Under the pieces are notes generated by a model that had not been told where the DNA came from, did not search any database, and saw only the letters and a list, made by a program, of their open reading frames with translations. Position numbers and translations under genes: made by a program. This document shows, piece after piece, positions 48,348-59,831 of a stretch of 64,000 nucleotides of DNA. The DNA comes from Turneriella sp. (lineage in GTDB: Bacteria > Spirochaetota > Leptospiria > Turneriellales > Turneriellaceae). The stretch's first letter is position 1. Every line of letters begins with the position of its first letter. The stretch covers positions 1,952,001 to 2,016,000 of the forward strand of contig CBDIID010000003.1 of assembly GCA_965279515.1 (NCBI GenBank), in the 5' to 3' direction.

Positions 48348-48965
48348 ATGACCTCCATCGAATTCAAAGCGCTCAGCCCGGAGAAGGCGGAAAACCTGCG
48401 TTCACTTTCGCATTACCGCCGTTTCAATCGCGGTGGGATGGTCTTTTTACAGGGCGACAGTTACCTGGGCCCGTTTATCGTAGCTGAAGGGCAATTCAAA
48501 GTATACCTCGCTGGTGATGACGGGAAAGAATCTGTTCTGAATATTTTTCGCACCGACGACCTTCTGGCCAGTGGTCCATTGTTTCTCGGTGGCGGATATC
48601 CCGCCTCTTGCTCTGCGGTTACCGACGGTTGTTTGATTTGTTTTGAATACGACCGCCTGTTGAAGCTGCTCAAAGCCGATGAAGCAATCAACGGATATTT
48701 CCTCCAACGCAGTATCCACCTTATCCCGAGACTCAAAGAAAAAATCGAAAATCTCACCTTGAAGAACGCCGAACAGCGGATGATAGCGTATCTGAAATCT
48801 CTGGGGGCCGACAAACAAGCCGTAGCGTTAGAAATACCGAAACATCAAATCGCGGCCCTACTTGATCTTTCACCCGAATCCGTCAGCCGGGTATTGGGAA
48901 AATTAGCCGCGCGAGAAATACTCAGCGTCGAGGGCAAAACGTATAAACTGAATAAACTGGGCTGA
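48348..48965 (+). CDS. Crp/Fnr-family transcriptional regulator (DNR/NnrR-like)
   Basis: cNMP-like domain (VFLQGD, G.FKVY...DGKE), HTH IAALLDLSPESVSRVL; no FNR N-terminal Cys cluster. Confidence 0.88.
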   Translation: MTSIEFKALSPEKAENLRSLSHYRRFNRGGMVFLQGDSYLGPFIVAEGQFKVYLAGDDGKESVLNIFRTDDLLASGPLFLGGGYPASCSAVTDGCLICFEYDRLLKLLKADEAINGYFLQRSIHLIPRLKEKIENLTLKNAEQRMIAYLKSLGADKQAVALEIPKHQIAALLDLSPESVSRVLGKLAAREILSVEGKTYKLNKLG

Positions 48966-48966
48966 T

Positions 48967-49521
48967 TTAGGGTGCGATCTTAGGCTCAAGCCAACTTGCG
49001 GGGGTTATCGCGGCTTCTTGATTTTCATCGGCCAATGTCATTTCACCATCCTGTATGAGGCAGGTAAACGCCATCGTTCGTTTTACCATAGTCGACAATG
49101 GCCTGATGTTATCATCCTGCAAGAATCGTACATGCAGGTTATCGAAACGGGCCAGTGAAGATTGAATTCCCTGCCACCACGGTTTCGCGCGATGCAGCCC
49201 GTAGCAGTAAATATAGACCTGCCGTGCACGGCCACAGGCTTTGCGGATTCTTTTTTCGTCGGGTTGGCCGATCTCAATCCAATCGAGAATTTCTCCGGAG
49301 AGATTTTTTTTCCAGATCGCGGGTGTGTCGTCGACGCTGACGCCACCAGCAAATTCAAGCGCGGGGTCTGCGTGGATGGCAAATACCAGCAAACGTATCA
49401 TCATACGCTCATCGGTTTCTGATGGATGGCGGGCAAGAGTCAGCTTGTGAGATTGATAATAATCGCGATCGGTATCCGTTATCTGTAGATCGGCTTTGAA
49501 GATAGTTGATTTGATTGCCAT
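48967..49521 (-). CDS. yaeQ: YaeQ family protein
   Basis: MA.KSTIFKA.L...D.DR.YY, ARHPSETDERMM.RL, WIE.GQPDEKR. Confidence 0.9.
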   Translation of the reverse strand: MAIKSTIFKADLQITDTDRDYYQSHKLTLARHPSETDERMMIRLLVFAIHADPALEFAGGVSVDDTPAIWKKNLSGEILDWIEIGQPDEKRIRKACGRARQVYIYCYGLHRAKPWWQGIQSSLARFDNLHVRFLQDDNIRPLSTMVKRTMAFTCLIQDGEMTLADENQEAAITPASWLEPKIAP

Positions 49522-49596
49522 AGAGATTCGGGATGTCCGCTCCCTTTTGCATATGCGGGTTAGCCCGCAAACCCTTTGGCGGCAGATTCCAAAAGG

Positions 49597-51306
49597 CTAC
49601 TTCGCGGCTTCCTGGAAAAAATCCCCAAGGGCTTCCGTTAACCTCGTGGCATCACTCAAGACGCGGTACGAAGCACCTTGCATCATGAGCGGAATCGACG
49701 CTTTGTCGCCTTTACCGATGGCGAGTGCATGCACACGGATACCACTCTGCCTGAGTTCGCGCACCGCATGACGTACATCCTCGATACCATAACGACCTTC
49801 ATAATAATCATAATCGTTGGGTCTGAGATCAGTTAAAAGAATAACCCACTTCTGCCGGGCTGCCACAAACCCCATAAGACTCTCCGCATGGCGCAGTGCC
49901 GGCCCGATACGCGTATAACCGACCGGCTCGAGCGCACCGAGTCGATTGCGCGCTCCTTGCCACGGCGTTAGCTCCTCTTTGACTTTAAGAAAACGACAGT
50001 GATTACGTGTGCGCGAATAGAAGGCCGAAACGGCAAACCGAATATGGTACTTATCAAGACATTCACCGAACGCAATGAGTGCGTCTTTTTCAACTTCAAC
50101 AATCCGTCGCCCGGCGATAAAGGAATCTGTGGAGAGACTGATATCCGTCAGAAGGTGTATGTAGAGATCGGAGAAAGCCCGGGAACGGCGGGCGTAGATA
50201 TTTTCGGAAGGAGTGATACCCGCGGCGAGATCGCCAAAGCTCTCAATTGTGGCATCCAAATCAACCGTATCACCGGCAACTAATCTTCTTTTGACGTTCT
50301 TTTCCTGAATGAGCTTCAGAGTCCGGCGCTCCAATCCGTGCCGGTCGCGCATCGTTCGTCGCAGCGATGCCGCCACGAATGCCTCATCGGCAGCCGTGAA
50401 TTCTTCGACCAATAGCCCGCAATGTTTTTCTCGCAGCGCATTCCGTCTGAAGTCCCATTCGGGATAAAAAAATTCTGCCCGACTATTTTCAACCTCTGCC
50501 ATTTCGCCGCCTGGCGTGGCCCCGGCCTCCGTTTCAATCGTGGCATGCGTTGCATCATCGCTGCGGATAAAATGCTTCAGTTTCAAATCTTGCAGAGCAT
50601 CACGGTGTTCCTGTAGTTCATCGCTGCCGTCGAGATCGCGCCAGACACCATCAAATTCTTCGGCGGTTTCGATTTTTTCAAAGTTGTGCCCCAGCGTATA
50701 CTCTTCAATCTTGGCACGATCGGGTTCAAGCATTTCGGGCGATTCAATCTTTACGGCAATGGAGTGACTGGTCCGCCTGGTCTCAGCAGCCTTTTCTTTT
50801 CTCAGGCCCTGAACCGACTGTAAACCGGCTTTATCTGGCGATCTCTCGGGCGCTTCTGCAGAAATTAAAAGCTTGAGCAGAATTTTGTGCTGCGTAGAAT
50901 GATTTTTCCTGAGCTGGTGCATTTCGGTGCAGATCGGTTGCAGAAATTTCGCGAATGAGCCGTATTCCCTGTGCAGCCAGCGTAGCCTGCGAAATAGATT
51001 CGTCTGTGGTTTTGCGCTGATGAGCAGTATTCCTAACTCAAGGAAGCTCCGGCTCAAATCAGCCGATGTCATGAGGCCTTGCGAAAATGGCAGACACAGT
51101 TTGCCGCCGATAAGCTTGATCTTGCCCGGCTCGTCAATGAGGTCGACCGACACACCCGTTACAAGATCCGCAAAGCGAAGCAGCCGGCCAGCACCACCGC
51201 CTGCACTCCTGAAGGGTAAATGAGATGATCGGCGATCAGCGGCACGCCGGCGCAGCCCGGTCAGCCAGCGCGCTGCTTTCTGAAACAGCCATTGGTCGAG
51301 GTCCAT
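49597..51306 (-). CDS. norD: NO reductase activation protein (VWA domain)
   Basis: FFYPEWD, D.SLST MIDAS, YTRIGPALRHA, YEGRYGIED. Confidence 0.88.
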   Translation of the reverse strand: MDLDQWLFQKAARWLTGLRRRAADRRSSHLPFRSAGGGAGRLLRFADLVTGVSVDLIDEPGKIKLIGGKLCLPFSQGLMTSADLSRSFLELGILLISAKPQTNLFRRLRWLHREYGSFAKFLQPICTEMHQLRKNHSTQHKILLKLLISAEAPERSPDKAGLQSVQGLRKEKAAETRRTSHSIAVKIESPEMLEPDRAKIEEYTLGHNFEKIETAEEFDGVWRDLDGSDELQEHRDALQDLKLKHFIRSDDATHATIETEAGATPGGEMAEVENSRAEFFYPEWDFRRNALREKHCGLLVEEFTAADEAFVAASLRRTMRDRHGLERRTLKLIQEKNVKRRLVAGDTVDLDATIESFGDLAAGITPSENIYARRSRAFSDLYIHLLTDISLSTDSFIAGRRIVEVEKDALIAFGECLDKYHIRFAVSAFYSRTRNHCRFLKVKEELTPWQGARNRLGALEPVGYTRIGPALRHAESLMGFVAARQKWVILLTDLRPNDYDYYEGRYGIEDVRHAVRELRQSGIRVHALAIGKGDKASIPLMMQGASYRVLSDATRLTEALGDFFQEAAK

Positions 51307-52085
51307 CAGAATGTCAGATCGGCGAGATCTTGCAGAGCGGCGACAATGTCGCTCTCGTCAGTGAGCGGTAAGATGACTGCCATACGGATGGCCAGCCGGG
51401 GAGGCAGATTTTTCTCCATGAGTTTAGCCGCCATGACCAAAAGGCGGGTTGAAACCGTCTCGGTGAGACCTAGTTCGGGGCGCGAACGTACCAAATTAGC
51501 AAATTTAACGAGTTTTGCTGCAACCGGATTGCCCACCCCAGTCTCCTGTTCCAAAATGCGCGCTTCTACCTCTGGCTTCGGGTAATGAAAATCGAGTGCA
51601 ATAAAACGCTGGCGTGTCGAAGGCTTGAGTTCCTTAAAGCTTTTTTGATATCCTGGATTAAAAGAAGCGACGAGCAGAAAATCCGGATGCGCCGGAAGCA
51701 CTTCATTGAGTCGCTCTATGTAGAGTTCGCGGCGGTGATCAGTCAGCGAATGCAACACGACCATCGTATCGGGCCGGGACTCCGCGATTTCATCAATATA
51801 CACAATCGCACCGGCACGCACCCCGCTGGTGAGTGGGCCATCCTGCCAAACAGTTTCGGAACCCCGAATCAAATGGCGCCCGACCAGGTCTACCGCTGAA
51901 GTCTCATCGTTACAGACAACCGTAATCAGCCGCCGCTTAAGGCGGTATGCCATTGCCTCGAGAAAGCGCGACTTACCCGACCCGGTTGGTCCCTTCAGGA
52001 GCAGCGGTAGTTTCTGGGCCGCCGCCGCTTCGAAGGCTTCAATCTCTTTCCCCGTTGGAAAATAGAACGGAGCTGCGCTACTCAA
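51306..52085 (-). CDS. norQ: CbbQ/NirQ/NorQ AAA+ ATPase
   Basis: LLKGPTGSGKSRF, WQDGPLT, YIDEI, LKPSTRQRF, STRLLV. Confidence 0.93.
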   Translation of the reverse strand: MSSAAPFYFPTGKEIEAFEAAAAQKLPLLLKGPTGSGKSRFLEAMAYRLKRRLITVVCNDETSAVDLVGRHLIRGSETVWQDGPLTSGVRAGAIVYIDEIAESRPDTMVVLHSLTDHRRELYIERLNEVLPAHPDFLLVASFNPGYQKSFKELKPSTRQRFIALDFHYPKPEVEARILEQETGVGNPVAAKLVKFANLVRSRPELGLTETVSTRLLVMAAKLMEKNLPPRLAIRMAVILPLTDESDIVAALQDLADLTF

Positions 52086-53422
52086 TCGGTATTAGCCCCG
52101 ATTGCTTCGTTCGATGGTCTGCCATGCCGCAGGAAATCATAGATAAACAGTAATATCCCGACAGTAAAGACGGTGGCTGCAAGCATCATGCCGATGAAGT
52201 GAACTTGTATCTCTTTCTGGACGGTCAGAAAATCCATCCCGAGCTTACGTTCAAGATAGACTTGGGTAATCCCGGCGACAGCAAGGGCTGAAGTCATTGC
52301 GACCATGCCGATGTTTGTGAACCAGAATGAGAGATAACCGCTGAGCCGATCGAAAAGTTTACGCCCCGTGAGTTGGGGCATTGCATAGATAATGAATGCG
52401 ATCACCAACATACCGTATGCCCCCCAGAACGCCATGTGACCATGCATAGCCGTAATCAGCGTACCGTGCGTCCATTTGTTAACCTGCGGCCATGTATGCG
52501 CAAAGCCCAGAAAACCGGCTCCGACAAAAGACATGATCGCGCAACCGAGGGTCCAGTAAAGTGCCAGTTTATTGGGATGATCTTTGCCTTTTTTCCGGTA
52601 CATATTGATGGCCCAGATTGCCATACCGAGAAACGCCAGCGGCTCCAGAGCTGAAAATATGCCACCGACCATGAGCCAATACTTCGGTGAACCGATCCAG
52701 TAGTAGTGATGTCCGGTTCCCAGAATTCCTGAAAGAAACGTTAAGCCCACAATTACGTAGAGCCATTTCTCTATTACCTCGCGATCGACGCCTGTCAGCT
52801 TGATGAGCAGAAAGGAAAGAATCGCACCCATAATCAGCTCCCACACCCCTTCTACCCAGAGGTGGACGACCCACCAGCGGAAATATGAGTCGAGAGTTTG
52901 ATTATCGAAATAAATCATGCCAGGAAGGTAAAGAAGTGCCGCGGCAAGCAGGCCAAAGAAAAAAACCAGCTGCGTTGTGCTATGCTTCTTAGCGTTCCAA
53001 ACTGTCATGCCGATCAGATAAAGAAATAGCAGTACGTTGGCGACGACGAGATAATCCAGAGGGCGGGGTATCTCAAGAAACTTTCTGCCTTCCCACCAGT
53101 TGAAGTGAAACCCGATAATTGCCGTAACTCCCACCACGACCCACGAAACCAGTTGCACCCAGGCAAGCTGGGGCATGTGCAGCTCGCTGTCCGACTCTTC
53201 TGGAATAATGTAATACGCTGCGCCCATAAAACCTGTGAGCAACCATACCACGAGTAGATTCGTATGTGTGGCACGCGCCGCATTGAAAGGGATATAATCA
53301 TGAAGACCGTCCATACCGATGCGCGCAAATCCCATGATAAAACCATAGGTAATCTGCAATACTATCAGCAATACTACAACGGCGAAAAACCAATACGCAA
53401 TTTTTTGTGATTTGAATTTCAT
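52082..53422 (-). CDS. norB: Cytochrome c-dependent nitric oxide reductase large subunit
   Basis: HTNL, WWVVHLWVEGVWE, GTGHHYYW, SALEP, HT...HGH. Confidence 0.95.
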   Translation of the reverse strand: MKFKSQKIAYWFFAVVVLLIVLQITYGFIMGFARIGMDGLHDYIPFNAARATHTNLLVVWLLTGFMGAAYYIIPEESDSELHMPQLAWVQLVSWVVVGVTAIIGFHFNWWEGRKFLEIPRPLDYLVVANVLLFLYLIGMTVWNAKKHSTTQLVFFFGLLAAALLYLPGMIYFDNQTLDSYFRWWVVHLWVEGVWELIMGAILSFLLIKLTGVDREVIEKWLYVIVGLTFLSGILGTGHHYYWIGSPKYWLMVGGIFSALEPLAFLGMAIWAINMYRKKGKDHPNKLALYWTLGCAIMSFVGAGFLGFAHTWPQVNKWTHGTLITAMHGHMAFWGAYGMLVIAFIIYAMPQLTGRKLFDRLSGYLSFWFTNIGMVAMTSALAVAGITQVYLERKLGMDFLTVQKEIQVHFIGMMLAATVFTVGILLFIYDFLRHGRPSNEAIGANTD

Positions 53423-53430
53423 GGTTCCTC

Positions 53431-54141
53431 CTATTTTTGTTGAACTAAATAACGCACGATACCTGCCCGTTCTACATCATTGAGCGGTAATTTTGGCATG
53501 GTAGTACCAGGCTTAACGCCCTGTGGGTCTTTGAGCCAGCGGTCCAGGTACGCGGCGTCATACTTGCCACCGACGCGGTCGAGCGCAGGCCCAACGACAC
53601 CGCCCTTACCTTGTAGCGAATGGCAGGCCGAACAAATCTCACCGAATTTTTTGGGTTGGCTCGCTGCGGCGAGGGATGCCGGAGTGAGTCCAGTCGCAGT
53701 TGCCTGACTTGCCGCCGAGGGAGCCACAATGTCCGGAGCGGGGGGCCAACCATTGGTATCAACTTCACCAATCCATTTGAAAAATGCGATGATATCGGAG
53801 ATTTCCTCTTCGGAAAAATTATATTTCACCATCTTACGCTCACCCGGGAACATGGCCTGAGGATCCTTTATGAAAGTCCGGATAAAGACTTCTCCCCGCT
53901 TTTGAAAAACCTTGGTGAGCTCGGGTGCGTAATAGGCCCCCTCACCGAGTAGCGTATGGCATCCCATACAATTATTCTTTTCCCAAAGATATTTACCGCG
54001 CTTTACCGCGTCGGACAAATTATGAGCATTTGTGCGCAAGTTATTTTGCCTTACCGTATCAACGGTTAACGCGATAAAAACGCCGCCGAAAAGCAGTGTA
54101 CCGCCCAGGAAAAAAGCCCGCGCCTGTGACTTTGAAAGCAT
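53431..54141 (-). CDS. norC: NO reductase small subunit with extra C-terminal cytochrome c domain
   Basis: CMGCHTLLGEGAYYAPELT; second heme CSACH...GPALD...MP. Confidence 0.92.
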   Translation of the reverse strand: MLSKSQARAFFLGGTLLFGGVFIALTVDTVRQNNLRTNAHNLSDAVKRGKYLWEKNNCMGCHTLLGEGAYYAPELTKVFQKRGEVFIRTFIKDPQAMFPGERKMVKYNFSEEEISDIIAFFKWIGEVDTNGWPPAPDIVAPSAASQATATGLTPASLAAASQPKKFGEICSACHSLQGKGGVVGPALDRVGGKYDAAYLDRWLKDPQGVKPGTTMPKLPLNDVERAGIVRYLVQQK

Positions 54142-54203
54142 GCTAACCCCTTCAATCCAATTTGGATTGCGTCGGCTAATAACATGGTTCCGGCCATTAT
54201 GCC

Positions 54204-54217
54204 TTGATCTGAGTCAA
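54204..54217. promoter_or_regulatory. FNR/DNR-type box upstream of norC
   Basis: TTGAT-CTGA-GTCAA; nearly the same distance to start codon as the nirK box. Confidence 0.8.
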
Positions 54218-54278
54218 GACAGGATATTTTTTTCAGGACGCCCGAGCACCGCTAGTTTGACAGTTATCTATCTATTTC

Positions 54279-55019
54279 TTAAATTCCAGTAATGCCGACT
54301 CTGGCCACTGTCTGGAGATTGCCAAGTTCGTCGCGACTGAGATATTTTACATAGTCACCGCTTACCCGCGTGTTCAGCCGGGCAAAACGCAGCGATGTCT
54401 GTGCATGCTGCACCACCTGCATGACGAGTTTAAAATGCTGCGGAAAAATTAAAAAATGTTCCGCAATCTGCACCGATAAACTGCGCACCCCCGAAATAAT
54501 TTTCACACCGGCAGAAATCGACGATAACACCTGCGCTGCGCTGGTATTGTTGGGTATGCCCGAAAGGTCGATCTGCAGCGTCGCGTCCTGGTCTTGCCAG
54601 ATGCGTGAGGTAAACGGGTGCTGGCGTTTGTCGATAATTTCTGACACGGGGATGCCCAACGCGCCGCAGATTTTTTCGAGCAGCTGCTGCTCGTTCACCG
54701 GCTTCGTCAGGTACCCCGCCGCCTTGAGTTCTTTCACGCGCAGCACCGCTTCTTTGTCCGTGCGCGCGCTGGCGATGAGTACCGGAATTTTCAGATCAGA
54801 GGTACGCCGCATGCTTTCGAGAATCGTAAAACCGTCGACGTTCGGCATCATCAGATCGAGGATAATCAGGTCGTAGCTATTTTCGCGCAGCTTGACCGGG
54901 GCTTCGCGGCCGTCTTCGATATGCGTGACGGTAAAATTGTAGCGGCCCAGATACTGCGAGACAATCTCGGCAGTGACAGCTTCATCTTCGATAAACAAAA
55001 TGCGATAGACACGGATCAT
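54279..55019 (-). CDS. Response regulator (REC + uncharacterised C-terminal domain)
   Basis: ILFIEDE, ILDLMMP, ASA, YLTKP. Confidence 0.88.
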   Translation of the reverse strand: MIRVYRILFIEDEAVTAEIVSQYLGRYNFTVTHIEDGREAPVKLRENSYDLIILDLMMPNVDGFTILESMRRTSDLKIPVLIASARTDKEAVLRVKELKAAGYLTKPVNEQQLLEKICGALGIPVSEIIDKRQHPFTSRIWQDQDATLQIDLSGIPNNTSAAQVLSSISAGVKIISGVRSLSVQIAEHFLIFPQHFKLVMQVVQHAQTSLRFARLNTRVSGDYVKYLSRDELGNLQTVARVGITGI

Positions 55020-55105
55020 GGCTACGCTTTTGGCTGAGCCGGGGCGTTTATAAGGAGGTCAATCTATTTCCGGCACCGCTGCTCGACTCCCTGGATCAGA
55101 GAATT

Positions 55106-56716
55106 TCAACCGCTCTTGTCGTTACTATCCGGGTCAACCCACTGCAGTTTATAGAGGTCAAGCCTGCGGTCGCGCATGTTGCGGACGCTACCCTCGGTGC
55201 GAATCTCTTTCAGCAGCTCGAGGTTGAGGTCGGCAATCAGCGTCATTTCCGTATTCGGTATCGCCTCGGCGATCATCGCGTCCTGAGGGAATGAAATATC
55301 CGACGGCGTAAACACGGCGGATTGCGCGTACTGGATGTCCATGTTTTCGACATTCGGTAAATTACCCACGTTGCCAGAAATCACGACATAACACTCGTTC
55401 TCCACCGCGCGCGCCATCGCGCAGTGCCGCACGCGCAGAAACGCGTTTTTGGTGTCGGTCGAGAATGGCACGAATAAGATATTGATCCCCCTTTCAGCGA
55501 GAATGCGCGGCAGCTCGGGAAACTCCACATCATAGCAGATGAGGATGCCTATTTTACCCGCGTCAGTTTCAAAAACGCTGAGTCTGTTACCGCCGCGGAA
55601 ACCCCAGTAGTCTTCTTCGCTCGGCGTGAGATGAATTTTGTCTTGCTGGTCCCAGGTGCCGTCGCGGCGGCAGAGAATGGAGATATTGTAGAGACTATCA
55701 TCGCGCATTTCGGGCATGCTGCCAGCAATGATGTTGATGTTATACGAAAGGGCAAGACCCATGAATTCCTCGCGCAGCCTGTCGGTTTGCGCCGCGAGCA
55801 TGCGCATCGCGTCCGAGGGTTTTTCTTTGTTGTACGGCGCTAGCAGCGGTGCGTTGAAAAGCTCGGGAAAAACGATAAAATCCGCCTTATACCCTGAAAC
55901 CGCGTCGACAAAAAACTCGACCTGCTTTAAAAACTCCTCCACCGAAGCGACGGTGCGCATCTGCCATTGAACGACGCCGACACGCACCACCGATTTATCC
56001 GCACCGACCAGCGCATCCTTTTCCGTATAATAAATATTAATCCACTCGAGCAGAATGGCAAAGTTTGCCTTCTGCGCAATGCTAGGCCAGTAGTTCGTCA
56101 GTATCTTACGCACGTGAAATCCGTTCGCCATCTGGAATGTCAGAACCGGGTCGTAGATTTTCTTTTCTTTTACTTGCTCGATATAGGCCTGCGGCGGCAT
56201 CTGATCCGATAGCGCCGGAAATCCGGGCATCCAGCCGCCTGCAACGATGCGTTTGAGGTTGAGACTCTGGCAGAGCTCCTTGCGTGCATCGTAGAGACGG
56301 CGCCCTAGCCTCAATCCACGAAAATCGGGGTCGACAAAGACGTCGACGCCATAGAGCGTATCGCCGTCGGCTTCGTGGTTAGTGATAAATCCGCCGTCGG
56401 TAATTTTTTCATACGTGTGTAAATCGGTGTATTTGTCGTAGTTGACGATGAGGGCAAGGGCACACGCGATGACCCTGCCCTTATCCTCAATGCAGAGTTG
56501 TCCCTCGGGGAATTTGGCAAGCATTGAGAGAAATTGTTCCTGACGCCACGCCCCCCCCACGTTATGGTAAACTTTTGCCGACATTTCGCTCACATAGTGA
56601 TAGTCATCGGCCCTTAATTGTCGCAGTTCCAGCTTGTGCTTCCCCGTCCGGGGCTTGCGCTGCACAGCCTTCCGTTGCGACTTCTGTGGTACGTCTGTGG
56701 CGGTAACCTTTTCCAT
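55106..56716 (-). CDS. GNAT acetyltransferase / carbon-nitrogen hydrolase (nitrilase) fusion
   Basis: VDPDFRGLRLGRRLY; FPE, QDKIH, ICYDVEFPE catalytic triad. Confidence 0.92.
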   Translation of the reverse strand: MEKVTATDVPQKSQRKAVQRKPRTGKHKLELRQLRADDYHYVSEMSAKVYHNVGGAWRQEQFLSMLAKFPEGQLCIEDKGRVIACALALIVNYDKYTDLHTYEKITDGGFITNHEADGDTLYGVDVFVDPDFRGLRLGRRLYDARKELCQSLNLKRIVAGGWMPGFPALSDQMPPQAYIEQVKEKKIYDPVLTFQMANGFHVRKILTNYWPSIAQKANFAILLEWINIYYTEKDALVGADKSVVRVGVVQWQMRTVASVEEFLKQVEFFVDAVSGYKADFIVFPELFNAPLLAPYNKEKPSDAMRMLAAQTDRLREEFMGLALSYNINIIAGSMPEMRDDSLYNISILCRRDGTWDQQDKIHLTPSEEDYWGFRGGNRLSVFETDAGKIGILICYDVEFPELPRILAERGINILFVPFSTDTKNAFLRVRHCAMARAVENECYVVISGNVGNLPNVENMDIQYAQSAVFTPSDISFPQDAMIAEAIPNTEMTLIADLNLELLKEIRTEGSVRNMRDRRLDLYKLQWVDPDSNDKSG

Positions 56717-56825
56717 AAACAGGCTTAATATATGTGAGGCGAGGCCGCCGCCAAGTAATAATTTTAATAGTCTTTGGGGCGGCGCATCCCAACCCGGATA
56801 TTAGGCCCATTACTACTTTACATAG

Positions 56826-58135
<1,310 letters not shown>

Positions 58136-58136
<1 letters not shown>

Positions 58137-58684
58137 TGGACCGCCTGCGCACTATCGTCGGGCAGGTTACCACGCACCGGGCATTTATGCCCGTGGCGAT
58201 TACTGTGATTGCCCTGACGCTCGGTGTGCTCTTTGCCTTCGAACACTCGCGCAACCTGCTCAAGGTGCGCGGGCCATACCTGCTGATACTCGCGGCGATT
58301 ATCACGTTTCCGGTTTTTGCCTTCCGCTTTTTTGATCCGCACGAAGATTCACGGCCGATCGGCAGTTATTTTGTACTCGTCGCGATCTATTACATCATGC
58401 TGGGTTCACCTGATTTTGTGGCATTCTTCCGTATGGTGCTCTTCGAGCGGATGCCCCCCGGTACTATCAAACAGCTGCTCTTCGGGCTGGCGGCGTTTGG
58501 TGCGCTGGCGGGCGGCCTGCATTATGCGCTGAGAATCTGGCTTCCGGATGTCGATTCAGGTAAAAGATTTCTGGCGATTTCCGGGTTGAAGTTTTTTGTC
58601 TACGCGCTACTCCACGTCATTTACCTCAACCTGTTCGTCGCGATTGCGCGCGAGAAGTTCGGGATTACGACGGTGTTTTCATAA
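58136..58684 (+). CDS. Hypothetical integral membrane protein
   Basis: ~5 hydrophobic helices; start overlaps eno stop. Confidence 0.7.
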
Positions 58685-58845
58685 ACCTCTCCGAAACGGA
58701 GAAGCAGCCATGGGCGTCGGTAATCGAGAGACCAACGACCGCGCTTGATTTTGTGAGCGGTAGCTGCCCAAACATGCCTTTGGCACACTGCCAGAACATA
58801 CTAGCAGCAAAACTGGCCAAAGTTAGTTCGAAGAACACACAAATT

Positions 58846-59340
58846 TCAACGCCATGGCTGAATGTCGCCTGAAGGTTCTATCGCTGAGCCGCCTACGGAT
58901 GTGTAGATCCGTGCGACGTTGCTGTATTCTAGCAGAAAATCGATAGAATAAGATTGAGGCTCATTGGCCACAACGAGTATCGGACAAGCTTGACCTTTCA
59001 GGGAGAGTACCGCGGAACTCTTGAATGTTGGCGCAAGCATATCTGCCGTTTTCATATCCACGTGCGGCGGAAATTTCACTTTCAGCGGCTCTACAGAAAG
59101 GACTATGCCTTGCTTGTCTACGGAAACACGCGTTGCGACGACGGCTTGTTCGACGAAATCTTTTGCAAACTCAGGAAAATTCTGCCGTGCACATTTTGCC
59201 AGGTTCGGAACCAGGTTACCTTTCGTGTCGCGGATGTAGTCAGGGTGGGTTGTTTTGCATGCAATGCTTGCGAAAAACAATACGGCGGTTAATCCGGTTG
59301 CCGTACACACGGCTACGTTTCTTTGATATTTACCTTTCAT
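58846..59340 (-). CDS. Hypothetical lipoprotein, TonB C-terminal-like domain
   Basis: Lipobox SIAC; FPEFAK...VVATRVSVDKQG.VLSV pattern. Confidence 0.55.
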   Translation of the reverse strand: MKGKYQRNVAVCTATGLTAVLFFASIACKTTHPDYIRDTKGNLVPNLAKCARQNFPEFAKDFVEQAVVATRVSVDKQGIVLSVEPLKVKFPPHVDMKTADMLAPTFKSSAVLSLKGQACPILVVANEPQSYSIDFLLEYSNVARIYTSVGGSAIEPSGDIQPWR

Positions 59341-59352
59341 TTCTCGCTAAGC

Positions 59353-59574
59353 CTAGCAGTTTTTCTCCAAAGGGTATCCGAACAAAGCATAAACCTCATC
59401 TAATTCGTTTGTACCAATTTTCAGTTTTTCTCTTTTCGAAAAATCATAGTTACCACGATAGTCGCTGAAAGTGCTTATGAACAAATAACCGGATGTTTTT
59501 CCGGTTTTTGCTATGCGCGTGCAAATTGAAAGAGTAATATCGAGAAGCAAGAATTTCTTAGCGTTTTGCCGCAT
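59353..59574 (-). pseudogene. Short AT-rich ORF, possible gene remnant
   Basis: AAGGA RBS + ATG; KLKIG...DEVYALFGYP recalls SmpA/OmlA-like motif but ORF is only 73 aa. Confidence 0.25.
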
Positions 59575-59831
59575 TTTATGCCGTCCTTGAATTTAAGCAT
59601 TTCAAAGTTGATTTAACCCCGCCTCGTTTTCCCTCAATCCAATAACGTTCGCCCTGATGTCGTTTGGTCTACCCCCCAAGATCGGCAATACTGCTCAGCC
59701 GGGTTAGACCAGCTTTCTACCAAAATTCCTTCTCAATGATCTCAGGCACTGTTCCCGTTCCTGAGCGAAGGTCAGAAGCTAGCCCACCCATCATTAACTG
59801 GCTGCATTTTCTCCTCAGTCACTCCGTAAAT

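Noticed and set aside
51170..51250. Possible compensated frameshift in the norD N-terminus (HLPFRSAGGGAG)
   Set aside because: ORF is uninterrupted and NorD N-termini are variable; cannot be supported without an alignment
58688..58702. Intrinsic terminator after the eno operon (TCTCCG-AAA-CGGAGA)
   Set aside because: Short stem with no U-tract on the plus strand; too weak to call
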